From Octopus vulgaris (lineage: Eukaryota), in NCBI GenBank assembly GCA_951406725.2, contig OX597826.1, forward strand, positions 77,128,001 to 77,192,000: DNA of 64,000 nucleotides. The letters are read 5' to 3'. The stretch's first letter is position 1; each line of letters starts with the position of its first letter. A model generated the notes under the pieces. It did no database searches. It worked only from the letters and a program-made list of their open reading frames with translations, and was not told where the DNA came from. Positions 57,630-64,000 of the stretch are shown here, piece by piece. The translations under genes were made by a program, and so were the position numbers.

Positions 57630-58229
57630 TAGATATAGGTAAAGATATATGATATATATGATATATATATGAGTATATGTACGTACGGACAGATGTACGT
57701 ATGTATATATGAATGGATGTATGTGTGATGTTATGAAAAAACTAGGCAAGTGTAAGCGCTATTATGAGTTAAATATTTATATAAAGTATGTTTCAAAGTC
57801 TATTTTCCATTGTTTGTTGATTGTTTTACATCCAGACATTCCGCTTCTCTCAAATCAGAATTCTCTCTAGAGGTAACAAGCTTCATTCTGGCACTTTGAG
57901 ACGAGTTCAGACTTCTTTCGTAAATAAATCCTAATGGAATTTCAAATGAACGCAAGGGAGACTACTCTTATCTCCTGCATCACTGTTTCCCCCAACTCTA
58001 CGTCCGCTTCAGCACCGAGGTTTAGGAAAGCAGTCGTGTTTGTTTTTCTTTTTGTTTTTTTGTTTTTTTACGCCAAACAATAGAAAGGAATATTACGCGT
58101 TATCCGTAGACAAACGTTTCCTTTGCAAATCAGGCGTGACGGATGGGTCGTGCTTTCGTTTATGGGGAATGTTGAGTAATGCGGATTTTACTCGTAAACT
58201 CAGAATTCGCACACACACACACAAAGATA

Positions 58230-58702
<473 letters not shown>

Positions 58703-59017
58703 ATGCACACAGAAACACAGACACGCGCACACACACACACATATATATACATATATATACATGTACACGTATCTGTATATATGTGCGCGTATGTGTCTGT
58801 GGGTGTAAATGCATATGCGTGTTTGTACATAAACACACATGTGTGGTGGTGGTGAGTGGGGGAGTAAGTACCCCCTCCCCCACCGTACACGCATTATTTT
58901 GTAATATTCTCCAATATTTTTCAATTGACAAAATTTTCGTCTTCTCTCTGACCGCTCATAAATATTTAATGCGGAAAGTACTAAGACCCATACATCAGCT
59001 TTATAGGCTCATACGTG

Positions 59018-59239
59018 CATACATATATACACACATACATGCATACACACACACATACATACATACATACATACATACATACATACATACATACATACAT
59101 ACATACATACATACATACACACACACACATACATACATACATACATACATACATACATACATACACATACATACATACATACATACATACACACATACAC
59201 ACATACATACATACATACACACACACATACATACATACA

Positions 59240-59270
<31 letters not shown>

Positions 59271-59520
59271 GCATACATGCATACATACATGTATACATAC
59301 ATGTATACATACATACATACACACGCATATATATACATATATATATCTATACATATGCATACGTTTACATCTATATATATATATATATATATATACATAC
59401 ATATATGTAAATATATATATGTATATATACATACACACACATATATACATATGCATTCATTTATATCTATATATATATATATATACATATGGGCATACAT
59501 ATCCATGCACATGTGTATAA
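59018..59520. repeat. (CATA)n/(TA)n compound microsatellite
   Basis: Direct inspection. Confidence 0.96.
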
Positions 59521-59815
59521 ATGCATATATATGTTTCTGTGTGTGTGTGTATGAGTATTTGAGTGTGTGTGTGTGTGTGCGTATACGAGCGGGTGTGTAT
59601 CTGTATAGTCATGGTTTATTAAGTTTATTGAGGGAGACCTGCATAGTTTCAAGAAGCCAATCTTAGTAATAGGTCCACATTAGTGTCAAGGATTTAAACT
59701 ACATTCAGACATAATTACCACCACACACACACACACACACACACATATATACAGAAATCCACATACACACAAATGCATACATACATACATACACACATAT
59801 ACATATATATATATA

Positions 59816-59895
<80 letters not shown>

Positions 59896-60482
59896 CACAC
59901 ATACATATATATATGCATGTGTGTATGTGTGTGCGTGTAGGTGTGTGTGTGTATAGGTGGGTAGGTACTTAGGTAATATACATACGATGGGCTTCTTCTG
60001 GTCACTAGACAATGTAGAAGAACCTTACTGAATGCCCCACGCAGCGGGACAGGATCCCAGACACCATTCCTATTAGCCCTTAAATACTTATTACAATAAC
60101 CCCCACTCTCTCTCTCATACACACACACACACACACTCACAGACACAATTATATATATATATATATATTGTGGCAACAATTATGACATTTGCTAACATTT
60201 TTCTGTGTTTTTGTTCCTTCTTTTTCCTTTTTTCTTTTCTTTTTTTTTCTTTTTATTGTGGCTGAAGTGTGGATGCGAGCGGCGCACTATTGTAATATGT
60301 ACGGAACAGAGCGGAAATATTCCCCCATTTTTCTCTCTCTCTCTCTGCGCTTATTATTATTATTTTTATTAACATCTTTTCTTCTTCATTTATCATTCAT
60401 ATGAAAAACAATATATTAACCCGGCAATCTTAAAACAGTCCACGATATATATATACGTCTGTGCTTGTACACGTGTGTGTAT

Positions 60483-60785
60483 GTGTGTGTAGAGAGAGAG
60501 AGCCTGGTTGTGTGTGTGTATGTGCCTGTGGATGCGTGTCTGTGTGTGTGTGTGTGTAGAGAGAGAGAGAGCGAGGTTGCATGTGTGTATGTGTGTGTAT
60601 GTGCTTGTGGGTGCGTGTCTGTGTGTGTAGAGAGAGAGAGAGCGTGGTTGTGTGTGTGTATGTGCGTGTATGTGCCTGTGGATGCGTGTCTGTGTGTGTG
60701 TGTGTAGAGAGAGAGAGAGCGTGGTTGTGTGTGTGTATGTGCGTGTATGTGCCTGTGGATGCGTGTCTGTGTGTGTGTATGTGTC
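60483..60785. repeat. Minisatellite, ~4 copies of a ~70-77 bp unit built from (GA)n/(GT)n blocks
   Basis: gtagagagagagagc.tggttgtgtgtgtgtatgtgc...gtggatgcgtgtctgtgtg recurs at ~60489, 60556, 60626 and 60704. Confidence 0.85.
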
Positions 60786-61338
60786 TGTGAATGCGTCTGC
60801 TTGCGTGGGTCTATGCCTCTGTGTGCATGCGTGTGTGAGCATGCTTTTGTCTGTGTCTGTGAGTGCGCTTGTGTGTCTGTGTGTATAAGTGTGTGTCTGA
60901 GCCGGTGTGTGTGTGTGTATTTGTGTGTGTGTGTGTGTGCGTAATTATGTGAGAGGGAGCGTGCGTGCGTGTGTGCGTATATACGTGTGCGGGTGTGTGT
61001 ATGTCTGTGAATGCATCTGTTCGCATATATATGTATGTGTATGTGTATGTATGCATGCGTTTATGTTAGTGTTTCTGTGTGTGCGTGCGTGCGTTATGTG
61101 TACGGTTATGTTTGGGTTATGAATCATTGTTTTGTCGTTTCCTTGTTGTTGTTGTTCTTGTTGTCGGAGGTTTCCTGTTTCATTTCTCTTTTTCTTTTCG
61201 TTTTTCTTTTCTTTTTTCCTTCTCAATCAAAAGCTCCGCTTCAAAACATCACGGCCCTACTTATTTCATTGTATGACCCTTTCTGTCCACAACAAACCAC
61301 CTTACCTTCGCTTCTCTTTTTTTGTTTTTTGTTTAGAC

Positions 61339-61851
61339 CAGTGGTTTTCAACCAAGGTCCTCTTGACCCTTTTGGGGTCCATAAAAAGATTCTATTGTTA
61401 AAATTTATTTGCAACAAATCGGTTTTACTTCTACAATATAATATAATTTAATTATTTTTACCCAATTACTAATAATAATTTACTACATAAAAAGGCGGTG
61501 AGCTGGCAGAACCGCTAGCACGCCGGGCGAAATGCCTAGGGGTATTTCGTCTGTTTTTACGTTCTAAGTTCAATTTCCGCCGAGGTCGACTTTGCCTTTC
61601 ATCCTTTCGGGGTCGATTAAATAAGTACCAGTTACGCACTGCGGTCGATATAATCGACTTTATCAGTTTGTCTGTCCTTGTTTGTCTTCTCTGTGTTTAG
61701 CCCCTTGTGGGCAATAAAGAAATAAATATTCAATTACAAAAAAATATGAGATCCTTTAAACATAGAATGGACCCTTATAACCATTCCATGTTTAAAAAAT
61801 CAGAAATCAGAAAGGGGGTCCATAGGAGAAAAAAATGGTTGAGAACCACTA
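61339..61851. mobile_element. hAT/Charlie-like MITE carrying a nested SINE
   Basis: TIRs cagtggttttcaacc (61339) and ggttgagaaccacta (61837-61851); subterminal ggggtccata motifs; no conserved TSD. Confidence 0.7.
61494..61724 (+). mobile_element. SINE family A, full length, tail type 2
   Basis: Near-identical to 42842-43071. Confidence 0.93.
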
Positions 61852-61989
61852 CATCAGCTATATTATAAGAGATCTACCCTTAACTACGTTACAACCGTGC
61901 TGTGACCATCCAGTTTTTTTTGGAACGCCTAGAAAAACACATCTCAATTGTTCAATTTTCAGGGTTTTAATTTTATTTTTCATCTTTTA

Positions 61990-62170
61990 TTTTTGTTACG
62001 TGTTTCAGTTATTGGACTGCGGCCAAGCTGGGGCACCGCATTGACGGATTTCAACCGAACAAATGGACCACTGTTTATTTTGACTTAAAGTCTGTTACCT
62101 GTTCTATGGTTCTCTTTCGGAGACGTAAACAAACCAGCACTGGTTATCAAGATGTGACACAAACACAAAA
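61990..62170 (-). mobile_element. SINE family B, 3' part, diverged
   Basis: tgtttcagttattggactgcggccaagctggggcaccgc...gacgtaaacaaaccagcac. Confidence 0.7.
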
Positions 62171-62696
62171 TCTTACATGTACGTGTGTGTGTGTGTGTGT
62201 GTGTGTATGTATTGACCATGCCTTTCAAAAGTGGTTTTTGTGGCTTCGCAACGTCAATATTTCTCTCTCTCTCTCTCTCTCTCTATTTTCGATCTATATG
62301 CACATACATATATATATATACATGCATATACATAAACATATACACGTACAGACGCAGACACACACACACACATACACACATGTATATATATATATATATA
62401 TATATATATCTGTATATATGTATATATATTATATAAATATACATACATTTATGTGTGTGTGTGTATGTATGTATGTGTGTATGCATGTTTGCATGCATGT
62501 GTGTATGTGTGGATGTATGTATGTGTGTGTGTTTGTATGCATGCATGCGTCCACCTTCCTCGCTCGCTAAAATAAGTACGAATCAAGTTGGTATACTCAA
62601 ATCCTCATAATCTGAAAGTGTAGAATTTCCCCCAAGGGAGGAAGGTCTGTCCTGCCCTGCCCTTTGCAGCCCCCTTTTTTTCACAATGATAAAACT

Positions 62697-62850
62697 GTCC
62701 CCGTGACTTAGCGGTTCGGCAAAAGAGACCGATAGAATAAGTACTAGGCTTACAAAGAATAAGTCCCGGGGTCGATTTGCTCGACTAAAAGGCGGTGCTC
62801 CAGCATGGCCACAGTCAAAATGACCGAAACAAGTAAAAGAGTAAAGAGAA
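62697..62850 (+). mobile_element. SINE family B, 3' part, young
   Basis: Near-identical to 56516-56665. Confidence 0.88.
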
Positions 62851-63038
62851 AAGGAGTATGAGGTTTTAATTAAATGCTATGTTAATGAACGATGAAGATT
62901 GCTAAATGGGAAAGTCGTTAAAGCACCTGATACAATACTTTGCCGTATTTATTCCGGTTCCCTGTTATCTCGGTTCGAATCGCGCCAATGTTAACTTTTC
63001 TTTCAATATTTTAGATGTTGATAAATTAAGCCGTCAAA

Positions 63039-63250
63039 AGCGACGAGCAGGTGGAATCGTTAGAGCGTCGGACAAAAAGCTTAGCGGCATTTCTTCCGAC
63101 TTTACATTCTGAGCGCATAGGCTGTCGGGATCGACTTTGCCTTTCATCCTTTCGGGATCGATAAAAAAAAGTACCCGTTGAACACTGAGGTGGAAGTGAG
63201 CGGCTAACCCTTTCTCTCGAAATTGCTGGCCTTGTGTCAAATTTTGAAAG
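63039..63250 (+). mobile_element. SINE family A, diverged
   Basis: gcgacgagcaggtggaatcgttag...tcgactttgcctttcatcctttcgggatcgataaa...ggccttgtgtcaaattttgaaa. Confidence 0.8.
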
Positions 63251-63315
63251 CGATAAATTAAGCGCTAGTTTGATTCTTTTCCCTCTCATACAGTCTCTCT
63301 CTCTCTCTCCTTCTT

Positions 63316-63386
<71 letters not shown>

Positions 63387-63485
63387 CTTTCAGTCTTTCT
63401 ATTAACCCTCTTCCACTTCTTTGTGGAAAGGAGCAGTGAGAATGGCCTACATATGACATTTTCACAGTGCAGTGTAACCGATTCT

Positions 63486-63518
<33 letters not shown>

Positions 63519-63843
63519 ATGGAGAGAGAGAGAGAGAGAGAATGAGAGAGAGACAAGGAGATCGACCCAGTATTTGACTGACACTTTACATATCGATCTC
63601 AGAAGGATGAAAGCAACAAAGTGACCAACAAAGGATATAAACTCACAAATGAATGAGTTTGAACAAGAGTTTATCCAATCCGCTGACCATCCTGTTTACT
63701 AAACATGTCCCCAAAACTTCCGTCTTCCTCCTCAAAATAAATCATAAGACAGAATCGGTTGAGCACTTTCTCTTAGTTATAGTCATGTTCTTTCTGAGTT
63801 CAAATCCTATCTAGGTGATATTATCCACTATCTTCCTCGGCGC

Positions 63844-64000
63844 GTGGTTCATACCTATTGAGGGCCCCTTTTACTTGACTAGAGTTGTACTACAAATCCC
63901 CTGTTTTTCAAAGGATTCACCACTCGATAAACCTATTTTATTAACAACAAACTCGGGTGGTTCAAACCTATTGAGGGCCCCTTTTACTTGACTGGAGTTG
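63844..64000. repeat. Start of a 113 bp-period tandem repeat running off the window
   Basis: gtggttca[t/a]acctattgagggccccttttacttgact[a/g]gagttg at 63844 and 63957. Confidence 0.8.

Noticed and set aside
60483-64000. Spaced repeats as a CRISPR-like array
   Set aside because: Units are tandem copies without unique spacers; eukaryotic context, no cas genes.

Overview
AT-rich, microsatellite-saturated animal non-coding DNA. The three tRNA-derived SINE families resemble, from memory only, those of octopus genomes, so the taxon is an inference. No intact host gene, RNA gene or CRISPR array is supported, and almost all listed ORFs are translations of (TA)n, (CA)n, (GATA)n, (CATA)n or trinucleotide repeats. 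Real content: about 30 SINE copies (two with clear 16 bp and 20 bp TSDs); a decayed Penelope-like (PLE) GIY-YIG endonuclease remnant with a CxCx5C linker (11509-11960, -); an R4/Dong-type RLE LINE 3' end inside (TAA)n (20262-20631, -); L1/Tx1-like ORF1 (CCHC knuckle) and ORF2 remnants; and three hAT-like MITEs. The most interesting signal is a set of short repeats lying in or near simple-repeat tracts that carry type-I hammerhead-ribozyme-like folds. They form at least three sequence families. One has a non-canonical core (CUGUNGAA) conserved in three copies, and two occur as head-to-head inverted pairs. These are probably PLE pseudo-LTRs or retrozyme-like elements; self-cleavage is untested.
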